57,610 nt of DNA. It comes from Candidatus Hydrogenedentota bacterium. Lineage in GTDB: Bacteria > Hydrogenedentota > Hydrogenedentia > Hydrogenedentales > SLHB01. A program made the position numbers and the translations under genes. Shown here in pieces: positions 21,201-30,336 of this stretch (the first letter of the stretch is position 1; each line of letters begins with the position of its first letter). Below the pieces are notes generated by a model that searched no databases, was not told where the DNA came from, and saw only the letters and a list, made by a program, of their open reading frames with translations. The DNA is taken from the NCBI GenBank assembly GCA_029974275.1, contig JARKSN010000273.1, forward strand, positions 1-57,610, written 5' to 3'.

Positions 21201-24200
21201 TTTGGCGACCTCCGGGTACGCTTTGAATACACGTCCTTTCATCGTCAGGAATCCAGGAGGCGGTTTTTTCGTGATCTGGGAAAGGAGAGATACGGCACTG
21301 GGGCCGCCTGACATCCAGGGGCGTGTCGTTAGTTCCCAGGGAACGCCCATCGGCGATGTTTTTTCCGTCGCCATGGGCACTCTCCAAGAGCGCCAGCCCG
21401 CCGCCGCGGCAAATCCGGACCGCGGAGAAGTCGTCGTCGTCTACAGTTCGAACGGTTCCACGGGGCAATTCGACGTGTATTTTCTGCGATTTCGCGCCGA
21501 TAATGGCGTGTTTATCGCCGGCGCCAAGATCACCCATTCCGCTGCAGAAGAGGAAAATCCGGCGGTTGCATACGACGCCGCCCACGCCGAGTGCTTGGTT
21601 GCATGGTCCGAAAAATCAGCTACGCCCAACCAACAACGCATTCGCGCCGTCCGCGTGGATGCAGCAACGGGTTCCCTCAAGGGAACGGCTTTCACGCTTC
21701 AGGAAAAATCCGGCGTCCAACGTAATGTTCGATTGGCGTTGGATACGGTACGCGGGATCTGGTCCGCTGTGTGGGATGCGACAAATGCCTTGGCCCAGGA
21801 TTCCTCTATCTGCATCGCGCAATTCCCTACAGGGAGCACTCCTTCCTCAATAGTCACCCAGACGCTGGGCAGTCATGCGGCGACTCTCGTGACATGTCCG
21901 GCCATCGTCTCTCTCACGGGCGGCGAACAGTTCCGCGCGCTTTGGAGTGACGCCCAAGCCGCCTCCACAACCGTGAAAGCGATCCGGTTCTCCAGCGATC
22001 TAAAGTTCCAGGGGATTGCGGGAACGCCCCCGGGATGGCCCGCCTCGGGCGCCGATGCGGCGGTTTTGACGTACAACCCAAGCGCCAACGAGTTTTTTTC
22101 CGTGTATGCCTATGGAACCGGCGGAGCAAGCAGAGTTTACGCGATTCGGGAAAAAGGCCTCACTGCGGATGACGACAACGACGGCCTGCCGAATGATTGG
22201 GAAATTCAACATGGATTGAACCCTTTCCGGGCGGTTTTGTCTGCAGACGACGCAGATGGGGATGGATTGTCCGATTACAACGAGTTTATGCTGGGCACGA
22301 ACCCAACCCTCGCCGATACCGATGGCGATGGCATTCTCGACGGAAAGGAAGATGCCAATAACAATGGCGTCGTCGACACCAGCGAGACCGATCCTGCCAA
22401 AGCCGACACGGACAACGATGGATTTGATGACTTCGCAGAACGGCAATTGGGATCGAATCCTCGGGATATCGCGAGCACTCCCCCTCTCCCTGGGCTGTAT
22501 CGAATAGACTATTCCACGTTTTATGAAGGAGTTGGCGGAACGGCCGCCGTTTATGTCGCAACGCCCGCCACGCGCCTCGTGACCCTGAACCTCAACAGCC
22601 CCGATGCCATCGGCTGGAACCCGCCCAGCGGTTGGCAAGTCACCCTTTCCGGCTCCGCGCAACGAACCCTCCCCAAGGGATCGCATGTCTTCCTATTGTC
22701 CGTGAAACCGATCGCTCCCATCACCCCAAAGACAGCCTTCGGACGGTGCGCCTTTCGCGTTACGGATGGCGCCTCCCTGGACGAAACGTTGACGGCCGTT
22801 ATGATCTGCGATACGCGCCGGACCTTGTCGGGCGCTCCTCTTCCCGTGGATGAACTTGCGGCGAAGTTCTCCCCTATCTTGCGGATGCATCGAGACGAAC
22901 GCACCATCTTTCCTGCATCCGTTGACTTTGCTTTGAAAGGGACATTGATTTCCGGGGCAGGGCGTGTTCCTCAAGGCGGGTTGCTTTCGAGCCATCTCTA
23001 CAACATCCCTCAGGAGGAGGCAAGCCTGGAACTCCTGGGAGGATCCACGATGGAAGGCCTATACGCGGCCTGGGACGCCCTGCGATCTCCTTCCGACAAG
23101 CCCGTGTTGTATTACACAGCGACCCGTTTGGGCAATGGGTCAGTAGAAGCGGGCTCCCGTTCCAACGATATCGCAATCCAGTATTATATGTATTATTACT
23201 TCGACGATTGGGGCGCCACGACAAAGGGCGCTCATTCCGAACCGGGCGTTTGGCACATGTTTCAGGTTCTGCTGGATGCAAACGGACAGCCATACGCCGC
23301 GACCGCAACGCGCCAATGGATTATGCAACGCGACCTTGGACTGTCCGGGGCCGAAAGCGTTGACTGGAGCAGTCTCGAAAAGACGAATGGATCTCATCCC
23401 ATTTTATATATCGGGAAAGGGGGGCACTCGCCGTATTTTCGACCCGGTTCTGTCCGCTATCCGTCGGGACTCGAGGTAAGCGATGGACTGGGAACCTGGC
23501 TACCCCCCGAACTGTGTCGCCTGAACCGCCTTGGGGAGACAGGCGAAACGCCTTGGTTGCGATACGCCGGACGTTGGGGGGGCATCGTGACGCCCGCGAT
23601 GGACGACATCACGACTCCCTCAACCGGTCGAGGAACACAAGGACCTATGTTTCTTGGCGATACGTTTGATCGGAATTCCGCAACGCGGGTTCAGAGCGCT
23701 TGGGTTGATCCTTGGGCATGGCACCGACGCGCCGTTGCATTTCAGGAACCGGGAAAAGGGCTTCTTAAAGGATTGTTACCAGAGGACTTGCGTGGAACTA
23801 CCGTGGCGCTGTTGGATGCTCGCGGGCGCGTGTTCCGATCTGTTTCATCTGCAATGACGGGGGAGTTTCAGTTGCTTCTTCCTCAAGGGACATATTCCTG
23901 TTGCGTCGTGAGTGTCTCTCCGATCGGATTTGAGACATATCGCGCATCGGCAGTGTTTCGTGTCGGAACAGAAGAAACAACGCTGTTCCGAATTGTTTCT
24001 GGCGGGGTGGTTGATTTTGGGGAGATAACGCTTTCCGATGGTGTTCTTTCATGCATAAATCCTTATGAAACCATGGATTCCGACGGTGATGGCATCTTAG
24101 ATTCCGAGGATTCCGATATGGACGATGACGGGATTGATAATGTGGATGATCCGGATGTGCAGGGGGATGGGTGGGAAGATGCCTTTCAGAAACAGGACCC

Positions 24201-24558
24201 GAACCATAACCACATTCCCCGATATTACGATTCTGCAGAGAAGAGTCTTGTGCTGGATATGGACACCGATCAGGATGGATTCAGCGACGTCATCGATCTT
24301 GATATCGACAACGACGGATTCGAAAACGACGCAGAGCTTGCTGCGGGGAGCAGTCCCTATCTGTTTTTCGACACGCCGTTGTTTCGATTAGGCGATCTCG
24401 ATGGGGATGGAACGGTGGATGCGTTGGATGTCCAACTGACGATCAATGTTGCCTTGCGTCTGCTCCCCTATGCTTTTCCGGCAGACGTCAATCGTGATGG
24501 GACGGTCGACATCTACGACGTGCAGGGGGTGATCCATCGTGCGCTTCGCGTGAATTGA
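18241..24558 (+). CDS. giant secreted modular protein: beta-helix, TSP3-like Ca-binding repeats, BACON-like domains, propeller-like repeats, Vps62/NPP1-like domain, C-terminal dockerin
   Basis: Signal-like N-terminus; parallel beta-helix ending DPLF...SPCIDAG...DIG; DxDxDG clusters; WLSV.P.SG BACON-like units; paired dockerin loops GDLDGDGTVDALD and ADVNRDGTVDIYD. The start codon is uncertain (18169-18244). Confidence 0.8.
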   Translation: MMQARRQNATFLFLAGLWCVVGNMDSHAGTIRQVPSVYATITAAMNAAVSGDVIQIGSGVYNESITTTKSGLTFQGSGSSTIVSGGNTGAPFRIRHSNTTISNMALQKAGGAFQGVDNAGVAIDSGDGILVNQVLIEDCTYGVVCGSLGGPSVFPAIQRSTIRDCSFWAVDARGSSGPTVVNCLIQNSQSGIRIQHFASADIINNTIVNCSSQGISVLTSGNALLQNNAVCFCSTGIQVSGSATVRGNNAYGNGSVTNDGVTGNYSGFTPAISNLHMDPLFVNRSSGNYHLSSNSPCIDAGIASLSPNVDFDGNARPQGAGYDIGYDEVEAATTGYTKASLIGTYAEHDLLALLSGAATVRTGTAQFGGNGNVTLTLTGGSIQSFQYDVVADGGFKYYGSAYTGPTDYTGTVGMNGGAPLHAGYAAAGMDSGAPQGYAGFRAGVRLGTGLGNSRFVGSYSLHALLSLGNGVWRTVSGALQADGSGTVLSFWANELASDNFPVLSQGYVVSSNGRVAIAGKSNMLATLGENGAILVQTLDVAANEDPRLSGGYKGLAFGVRRGASVNAADFSGTYRVHEIIVQGNKAQIMGIGSLHAPGSGAFVGDIRRNGVSHSFNGSIRVNPSGTFYLGNSSFVEGALAPGGAMAVLTKHAGYVRANTSDSAWMEVWLRTSGGGATPEDKDGDGLSDADETRLGTNPNNPDSDADGLPDGIDPQPLIPNNRFTADPDSISISINQGDSVTPKTLRLANTPNPFFSWSISSNKTWLSVTPASGLGDGAPAVSINATTLTSDGSPYTGALTVTAPGMANSPMQIPVTVTVINPIPVIEALPQTLDFEVLEGDATATPKQVSIRSISSGERSCKAIPQADWITVAPTSWTTPKSVSIGLDMSKLSVGGTPYQGTVRIATQDMASKPVDVTVNVTVRRRPHPIETPFAVHPSSNAQTQPSMDYDPVSELYGVAWSEPNSTGSGIYVNLLNAEAAAVANTLLATSGYALNTRPFIVRNPGGGFFVIWERRDTALGPPDIQGRVVSSQGTPIGDVFSVAMGTLQERQPAAAANPDRGEVVVVYSSNGSTGQFDVYFLRFRADNGVFIAGAKITHSAAEEENPAVAYDAAHAECLVAWSEKSATPNQQRIRAVRVDAATGSLKGTAFTLQEKSGVQRNVRLALDTVRGIWSAVWDATNALAQDSSICIAQFPTGSTPSSIVTQTLGSHAATLVTCPAIVSLTGGEQFRALWSDAQAASTTVKAIRFSSDLKFQGIAGTPPGWPASGADAAVLTYNPSANEFFSVYAYGTGGASRVYAIREKGLTADDDNDGLPNDWEIQHGLNPFRAVLSADDADGDGLSDYNEFMLGTNPTLADTDGDGILDGKEDANNNGVVDTSETDPAKADTDNDGFDDFAERQLGSNPRDIASTPPLPGLYRIDYSTFYEGVGGTAAVYVATPATRLVTLNLNSPDAIGWNPPSGWQVTLSGSAQRTLPKGSHVFLLSVKPIAPITPKTAFGRCAFRVTDGASLDETLTAVMICDTRRTLSGAPLPVDELAAKFSPILRMHRDERTIFPASVDFALKGTLISGAGRVPQGGLLSSHLYNIPQEEASLELLGGSTMEGLYAAWDALRSPSDKPVLYYTATRLGNGSVEAGSRSNDIAIQYYMYYYFDDWGATTKGAHSEPGVWHMFQVLLDANGQPYAATATRQWIMQRDLGLSGAESVDWSSLEKTNGSHPILYIGKGGHSPYFRPGSVRYPSGLEVSDGLGTWLPPELCRLNRLGETGETPWLRYAGRWGGIVTPAMDDITTPSTGRGTQGPMFLGDTFDRNSATRVQSAWVDPWAWHRRAVAFQEPGKGLLKGLLPEDLRGTTVALLDARGRVFRSVSSAMTGEFQLLLPQGTYSCCVVSVSPIGFETYRASAVFRVGTEETTLFRIVSGGVVDFGEITLSDGVLSCINPYETMDSDGDGILDSEDSDMDDDGIDNVDDPDVQGDGWEDAFQKQDPNHNHIPRYYDSAEKSLVLDMDTDQDGFSDVIDLDIDNDGFENDAELAAGSSPYLFFDTPLFRLGDLDGDGTVDALDVQLTINVALRLLPYAFPADVNRDGTVDIYDVQGVIHRALRVN

Positions 24559-24588
24559 GGTTCCGGCGACATGCGAAGTCAAAAATTC

Positions 24589-24738
24589 CTAGACGGAGTA
24601 GATGAACGGCGCCCGGACATCGGAATGTCGCCCGAGCAAGACGAGCAGCAGGAACAGAAGAAGGACTATGATGATCGGAGTAAGCCAATATCGTTTGCGC
24701 ACGCGCAGAAACGCCCACGTTTTTTGAAATGCCGACAT
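24589..24738 (-). CDS. 49-aa membrane microprotein, DUF5989-like
   Basis: Below the ORF-track size cutoff. Own translation MSAFQKTWAFLRVRKRYWLTPIIIVLLLFLLLVLLGRHSDVRAPFIYSV* fits the F..RK..WL.P...APFIY pattern I recall for DUF5989. Confidence 0.8.
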   Translation of the reverse strand: MSAFQKTWAFLRVRKRYWLTPIIIVLLLFLLLVLLGRHSDVRAPFIYSV

Positions 24739-24785
24739 CGTTCGTTGTGTCCGTATGTTCGTAACGCGATGGAACGCCGCAGTCC

Positions 24786-27737
24786 TTATTGAAGATATCC
24801 CAGCGATTTCAATTGATTCTCCATTTCCGGAGAGGCCTTTTCAACGAGCGCCGGTTGGGGCGCTCCTTCCATCAGGAACGAGGACATCCCCTCGATGATC
24901 ATGCCCAGCTCGGTTTCGCGCGGATCGCCTTTTCCCGATAGGTTTGTTCGTTCCGATGGATCGTTTGCAAGGTCGTAGAATTCCACCGGAGCCAATGTGC
25001 GTTTGTTGCCGGGGTTGGCTTCGATGCGTTTGGCGTCGCGCGTTTGCGCCGAATGCAGGATGAGCCCTTCAAAATCGTTGTGTGCGTATACATACCCTGT
25101 CTGGGCGTTCAGGGCCGAACCGTCCGGTCCCAGCAAGGACGTGCCGGGCATGGACGGGGAGGGCGGAAGGTTGGCCCATGCCAGAATGGTTGGGGCAATG
25201 TCGATATGCCGGGCGAAATGGTCGTTTGTTGTGCCGCCGGCCAGATTTCCGGGCAGCTTGATCAATAACGGCACGCGCAGCAATTCGTCGTACAACGTTT
25301 GACCGTGCCACCAGCCGCCATGATCGAAGAATTCCTCTCCATGATCGGATACGAACACGATCAGCGTGTTCTCGTAGAGGTTTCGCGCCTGTAACCCGGC
25401 GATCAATTCTCCAAAATAGTGGTCGAAGCGTTCGACTTCCTGCGCATATGCGTGGAGCATTTTTTCCCGATAGCGCGCGGGATCAGGGGCTTCCATTCGA
25501 ACGCGCGCGTATCCCACGCCTGGGTGTTCCCAATCCATGAATGGGTCGTGGGTCTCCATATAATGGAGAAAGAGAAAGAAGGGGGCGTTTGCGGGCCGTT
25601 CGTCGCTGTCAAGCCATGAAAGTCCAGTTCGTGTAACGGTTTCGGCGGGTTGGTAGAAATCGGTGACGCGCATGGCGCTCCACGGAATCCCTTCTTCGAT
25701 TCGTTGCCGGGCTTGGCGCAACGCTTGGTAGAGGGAAAGATTGGCGGCGGATGGGGAAGCCCAGAAGTACAGAGCGGGCTTGAGATCGATGTAGCTGGTG
25801 AAACCTCGAGCAAAGCCGAACACCGAGGTGATGTTGGGATTATTCGAGAACCCTTTGGTGAAGTATCCCGCGTGTGTTAGGAGTTCGGGGAAGACGGGCA
25901 GGTTGTCTGGGAGGGCGGCGGTTTTCGAAGTCGCCGTATGCGATTCTGGATATTTCCCCGTGAAAATCGTCGCGAACGAGGGTTTTGTCCACGATGCCTG
26001 GGAAAAAGCCGCCCCAAAACGCACGGCGTTTTGCGCGAAGGCTTCGAGATGCGGCGTCTTGGCCGTTGCCGTCGGCGAGAACAAGGGCAAGGCGTCGGCG
26101 CGGCAGGCGTCAAGCGCGATGAGGATGATATTGGGGCCGTTGGAAGAGGTGGAAGTGGCGGGAATCGTTGTGGGCGGGGGCATTGCGGCGGCAAGTCCCC
26201 ATGCCGTCAGGGCTGTTCCCGCCAGGATCAGCGCATACGCGATCAAGGCTCCCATGGCTGCCCGGAAGGACGACCCGCGTAGCTGCCATAACGCCACAAG
26301 CGCGATTGCCGCCAAGACGACGCCCGCAGTGACGCTGATTCCTGTCAAGAAGGCTATCTGTTTTAGGGAGAAGGCGTGTCCCGCCAGGACGTCGCGTTGA
26401 AATCGGAAGTGACCGATCGCCAGCAGGGCCGCCGTGGTAAAGATTCCCGTGCATGCGGCAAACGTGATGAGGGGACGTGGATGCATCTGGAGAATCTTCC
26501 AGAACAAGGCGGCGGCTATGCCCGCGCCGATGCCGGCGATGCCGAACACGATTCCATAGGATGCGGCGCCCCACGCAAGCCCCCAGGCTTCATGCAGTCC
26601 GTGCAACGTGCGCAGAATCCATCCGCCTTCCAGCGCTCCCGCCAGAGCTCCGGCAAGCAGGCCGGCGTAGGCGCCCGCGAATATATGCTGCGCGAAAAAG
26701 GATCTGTGGACTGGAGTCGATTCCGTTTGTTTTTGGGCGCTGTCCGGGCGCGAACGCAACAGGAAGATGGGCAGACCGATGAGGAAGGGAACGAGTTCCG
26801 TGACCCACCAGCCCAGATGGCCGATGAGAAACGCCTTGACGGTCCCGCTTTTTGCTCCCAGGATGCTGGTGAAAACCGCCTCTCGTATGCCCTCGCCCCC
26901 TACCGATGGCCCGAGGACGGTGCCCCAGATCATCAAGGGGCTGGTGAAGAAGATGTCCCCAATGGTGGTGTTGGGCGGGCGCAAGGCGGACATGGTGCAA
27001 AAATAGACGAGGCATGTCGCCACGTGCACCAAGATGCCAAAGAAAAGAGAGGTCAGCAGGAGCTTGCGTTGAGATCCATACGCTGCGACCGCCTTGCCTA
27101 CTTTATCGAACTTGTCGCGCACCGCGCGCGGAACGGGCGTCATTGCCACGGCGGATTGGATGATGCGTGGGTTGAGCAACAGCAGCAGGGCAACGACGAC
27201 GAACCCCCCGAACGCTATCATGCATAGCGCCAGTATGGGGGTGTTGAATCGGAGCAAGTGACGGCCCAGGGGAAACGTGCAGAATACGAGCAGGGTCAGG
27301 GCAATGAATCCGGTGAGTTTTTCCACCGCGATAACGGTCGTCGTTTTGATGATTTCGCCTGAATAGCGCGCCGAATCGTATAGGCGGTATCCATCGAGCC
27401 CTATGGTGCCAGGAAGGAAAATGCCGATGGTCCGGCCAATGAACCAGCTTTGAACCAGGTATACGAACGGAACGCGGATGCCTTGACCGATGAGCAATAG
27501 ATGCCAGCGGACGACGCCGGCCATCATGCCGGAGAGCTTGATGATGATCGCAAGGCCCATCCAGAATCCAAGGGCGTGCGGCCCCACGGCGCGGATTTCC
27601 GCGATAAGCAACCGGGGACTAATCTGCTCGCCCCAAAAATTGGGGCGAAGCCCGAAGGTTTCGGGTCGAAAGAGGAGCACGAACAGTCCAACGGTCACGG
27701 CCAGTTTGATGAGGAAAAGGAAGGTCTTTTTGGGCAT
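24786..27737 (-). CDS. fusion of a lysylphosphatidylglycerol-synthase-TM (UPF0104 flippase-like) domain, a multi-TM region and a sulfatase-like hydrolase/transferase domain
   Basis: N-terminal RW..LL, FLPGTIGLDGYR, EK and GGEGIRE flippase-like motifs. C-terminal PNIILIALDACRAD, SWTKPS, SDHGE, HG..LY...VPL and QLKSLGYL. Confidence 0.85.
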   Translation of the reverse strand: MPKKTFLFLIKLAVTVGLFVLLFRPETFGLRPNFWGEQISPRLLIAEIRAVGPHALGFWMGLAIIIKLSGMMAGVVRWHLLLIGQGIRVPFVYLVQSWFIGRTIGIFLPGTIGLDGYRLYDSARYSGEIIKTTTVIAVEKLTGFIALTLLVFCTFPLGRHLLRFNTPILALCMIAFGGFVVVALLLLLNPRIIQSAVAMTPVPRAVRDKFDKVGKAVAAYGSQRKLLLTSLFFGILVHVATCLVYFCTMSALRPPNTTIGDIFFTSPLMIWGTVLGPSVGGEGIREAVFTSILGAKSGTVKAFLIGHLGWWVTELVPFLIGLPIFLLRSRPDSAQKQTESTPVHRSFFAQHIFAGAYAGLLAGALAGALEGGWILRTLHGLHEAWGLAWGAASYGIVFGIAGIGAGIAAALFWKILQMHPRPLITFAACTGIFTTAALLAIGHFRFQRDVLAGHAFSLKQIAFLTGISVTAGVVLAAIALVALWQLRGSSFRAAMGALIAYALILAGTALTAWGLAAAMPPPTTIPATSTSSNGPNIILIALDACRADALPLFSPTATAKTPHLEAFAQNAVRFGAAFSQASWTKPSFATIFTGKYPESHTATSKTAALPDNLPVFPELLTHAGYFTKGFSNNPNITSVFGFARGFTSYIDLKPALYFWASPSAANLSLYQALRQARQRIEEGIPWSAMRVTDFYQPAETVTRTGLSWLDSDERPANAPFFLFLHYMETHDPFMDWEHPGVGYARVRMEAPDPARYREKMLHAYAQEVERFDHYFGELIAGLQARNLYENTLIVFVSDHGEEFFDHGGWWHGQTLYDELLRVPLLIKLPGNLAGGTTNDHFARHIDIAPTILAWANLPPSPSMPGTSLLGPDGSALNAQTGYVYAHNDFEGLILHSAQTRDAKRIEANPGNKRTLAPVEFYDLANDPSERTNLSGKGDPRETELGMIIEGMSSFLMEGAPQPALVEKASPEMENQLKSLGYLQ

Positions 27738-27907
27738 CGATCTCTCCAGTATGCTGGTGACGGTGTCCTTCGAAGGTCTGCGCGCCTGACGCGCCCCCGA
27801 CAGAAACGATCCTTACGTGCAACCGTTGCATGATTGTACACGAATCCATGACGAATCGGAACTGTGGCGGCGCGTCATGAGGGCAGAAAGAAGTGGAAAA
27901 GCGTGTA

Positions 27908-28912
27908 TCAGAGGAGAGGCCAGTCTTGGAGTTCCATGGATAGGGCGTATGTGTGGAGGGGAGGATGGCGAAAACGCATGGCGTCTTTTTCCGTCACGAC
28001 CAGCCATTTTCCCGCGCCGAGGGCGCATGGGTCGAAGGATTCGTGATCGCCAAACGAGTGCTTTTCCGCCAGACGAGCGCCCAGGCCTTCCAAGGTGGCG
28101 AAGAAACCTTCGGGGCGTCCGATCGCGCATGCGGCGGCGATGGTTCGGCCCCGTATTGCATCGATGGGATGTTTCTCTCCCGTGTTTACGTTCCACAAGC
28201 CCGTGGGCGCATGACGCGTGGTCCGTACGGATGCCTGGGGGCAATAGCGATTCAACGTTGCGCGGAGGGCGTTCGCGTCGTGCGCTTGATCGCAGTGCGT
28301 CAGAATGATGGCGGTGGCGCGCTGTAAGGAGCGCATCGGTTCGCGCAACGTTCCGCGCGGAAGGAGATGACCATTGCCGAAAGGATTCGTTGCATCGATC
28401 AATACGATGTTCTCGTCTCGTTCCAAGCGAACATACTGAAAACCGTCATCGAGAATGAGCGTGTCGCAGCCGCGGTCTCGGATAGCGTCGCAGGCCGCCA
28501 TGACGCGGTCGGCCGATCGGGCAATCACCAACCCGGGCACGCGGCGGGCAATGAGGGCGGGTTCGTCGCCGATCACGTCCGGTTGTAGCGCGGCGTCTTC
28601 GGCGTCTAGCAGCGCAACCTCGCGCTTTCGCTGCTTGCGTCCCTTGTAGCCGCGCGTCAACACGGCCACGCGCCGCCCCGCGGCGACTTCTTGTTGCGCG
28701 CGTTCGATGACAGCCGGGGTCTTGCCGGTTCCGCCGGTGGTGATGTTGCCGAAACTGATGACGCGGGCGTCGCAGCGGACACGTTCGCCAAGAAGCCGGA
28801 TACGCATTCCCGTTCGATACAGCGGCGTGATCGCGCTGAGGAGAAGTCCGGGAATGCCGTGAATCTCCTCGCCGCGCCGGATGCGATCGCGCAGACTGTC
28901 CTTTGCGTTCAT
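27908..28912 (-). CDS. lpxK: tetraacyldisaccharide 4'-kinase
   Basis: Motifs GNITTGGTGKTP, RGY, GDEP, LDDGFQ, LLPRGTLRE and TEKD. ATG 28912 overlaps the dprA TGA (ATGA). Confidence 0.93.
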   Translation of the reverse strand: MNAKDSLRDRIRRGEEIHGIPGLLLSAITPLYRTGMRIRLLGERVRCDARVISFGNITTGGTGKTPAVIERAQQEVAAGRRVAVLTRGYKGRKQRKREVALLDAEDAALQPDVIGDEPALIARRVPGLVIARSADRVMAACDAIRDRGCDTLILDDGFQYVRLERDENIVLIDATNPFGNGHLLPRGTLREPMRSLQRATAIILTHCDQAHDANALRATLNRYCPQASVRTTRHAPTGLWNVNTGEKHPIDAIRGRTIAAACAIGRPEGFFATLEGLGARLAEKHSFGDHESFDPCALGAGKWLVVTEKDAMRFRHPPLHTYALSMELQDWPLL

Positions 28913-30156
28913 CGCGGCGCGAAGCGTTTGCCGCTGAATTGTCGGACGAGCCCTTTCAGTTCGAGCAGGGTCAATGAACTCAGGGCATCCGAAACAGATA
29001 GGCGGCATGAGTTGGCGATCTCGTCTACATGCGATCCAGATGGCGAGAGCGAAGCAAGCACTTGGCGTTCCAACGCGGACACATTGGCATTCAGCGTGCG
29101 AGCGGCTTGGGGGGCGTCATTGATCGGCGTCGTCGCGCTTCGGCTAGGGGGCGCGACGGGCGGATTCACCGTAGGCTCTGGAGGCGCGCTGTGGGGAACT
29201 TCGGGCAGTGATGGGGACGGCTTCTGTCGATCCGAATTTCGCTGCGGCGGCTTCGCATCGTTGCCATGCGGCGTTTTTTGCAGGGAAGCGGAAAATTCGC
29301 CGAGGATGTCCTCCACCCGCGTCACAAGCCTGGCCCCTTCTTGGATGAGCAAATGGGGACCTTCGCTATTGTCGACGCCCAGCTGTCCTGGGATCGCGAA
29401 AACTTCGCGGCCTTGTTCGGCTGCTTGGCGCGCCGTAATGAGCGCGCCGCTCGAGGTTGGCGCTTCGACGACGAGGGCGCCGTGCGACATGCCGCTGATA
29501 ATGCGGTTGCGATAGGGAAAATTGCCGCGATCCGGACGCATCCCCATTGGAAATTGTGACATGACGCATCCATGCTCGATGATCTGCTGCATCAATTCGT
29601 CGTGTTGCGGCGGGTAGAGCACGTCCACGCCGCAACCCAGCACAGCCACGGTGCGTCCGCCGCTTTCAATCGCGCCGCGATGCGCCGCGGCGTCGATGCC
29701 AAGCGCCATGCCGCTGACCACGCTGACGCCGCGCGCCGCCAATTCCCGGGCAAAGCGCTCCGCCATGCGAATGCCGTAGGGGGTGGGTTTGCGTGTGCCC
29801 ACGACAGCCATACAGGGTTCTTCGGGGTTGTCCCAGTGACCGCGCACAAACAACGCGAGCGGCGGGTCGTAGATTTCGGCGAGCCGCATTGGATATTCGG
29901 GGTCTTCCAAGGTGACAAGGCGCGCGCCGCACTTGTCCATGAGGCGCTCTTGTTCATCCACTGCCGCGACGTCGGCGTATTGCACGATGCGTTGGGCCAA
30001 CGCCGGGCCTACGGATTCCTCCAACGCGCGCAGCGATGCGCCGAGAACATTTGCAGGCGTGCGAAAACGCGCCAGCAGGCGGATGAAGTGCGCCGTGCCA
30101 ACGCCCGGCACGAGCGCTAGTCGCAGCCAATCACGATGCTCGGAACTGAGTCGCAT
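28909..30156 (-). CDS. dprA: DNA-processing protein DprA
   Basis: Motifs YP..L..IYDPP, VVGTR, VSGMALGID, FPYRNRIISG and SGALITA, plus a C-terminal wHTH (LTLLELKGLV). Start at ATG 30156. Confidence 0.95.
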   Translation of the reverse strand: MRLSSEHRDWLRLALVPGVGTAHFIRLLARFRTPANVLGASLRALEESVGPALAQRIVQYADVAAVDEQERLMDKCGARLVTLEDPEYPMRLAEIYDPPLALFVRGHWDNPEEPCMAVVGTRKPTPYGIRMAERFARELAARGVSVVSGMALGIDAAAHRGAIESGGRTVAVLGCGVDVLYPPQHDELMQQIIEHGCVMSQFPMGMRPDRGNFPYRNRIISGMSHGALVVEAPTSSGALITARQAAEQGREVFAIPGQLGVDNSEGPHLLIQEGARLVTRVEDILGEFSASLQKTPHGNDAKPPQRNSDRQKPSPSLPEVPHSAPPEPTVNPPVAPPSRSATTPINDAPQAARTLNANVSALERQVLASLSPSGSHVDEIANSCRLSVSDALSSLTLLELKGLVRQFSGKRFAPR

Positions 30157-30336
30157 ACCATTACTATAGCATTCGATCGCGGCTATGCAAAATTCGTTTC
30201 TCTCTGCCTGGGGGAAGCGCGGGAGCCGAGGCGTTTTCATGCGATGGGCCGGCATCTTCTTGTTGAAGTCCATCACGGCGTGTCTCTAATATGCTCGTAG
30301 AGGCAGGAAGGCCCAACCAGCGAGGAGGCGCCGCCG

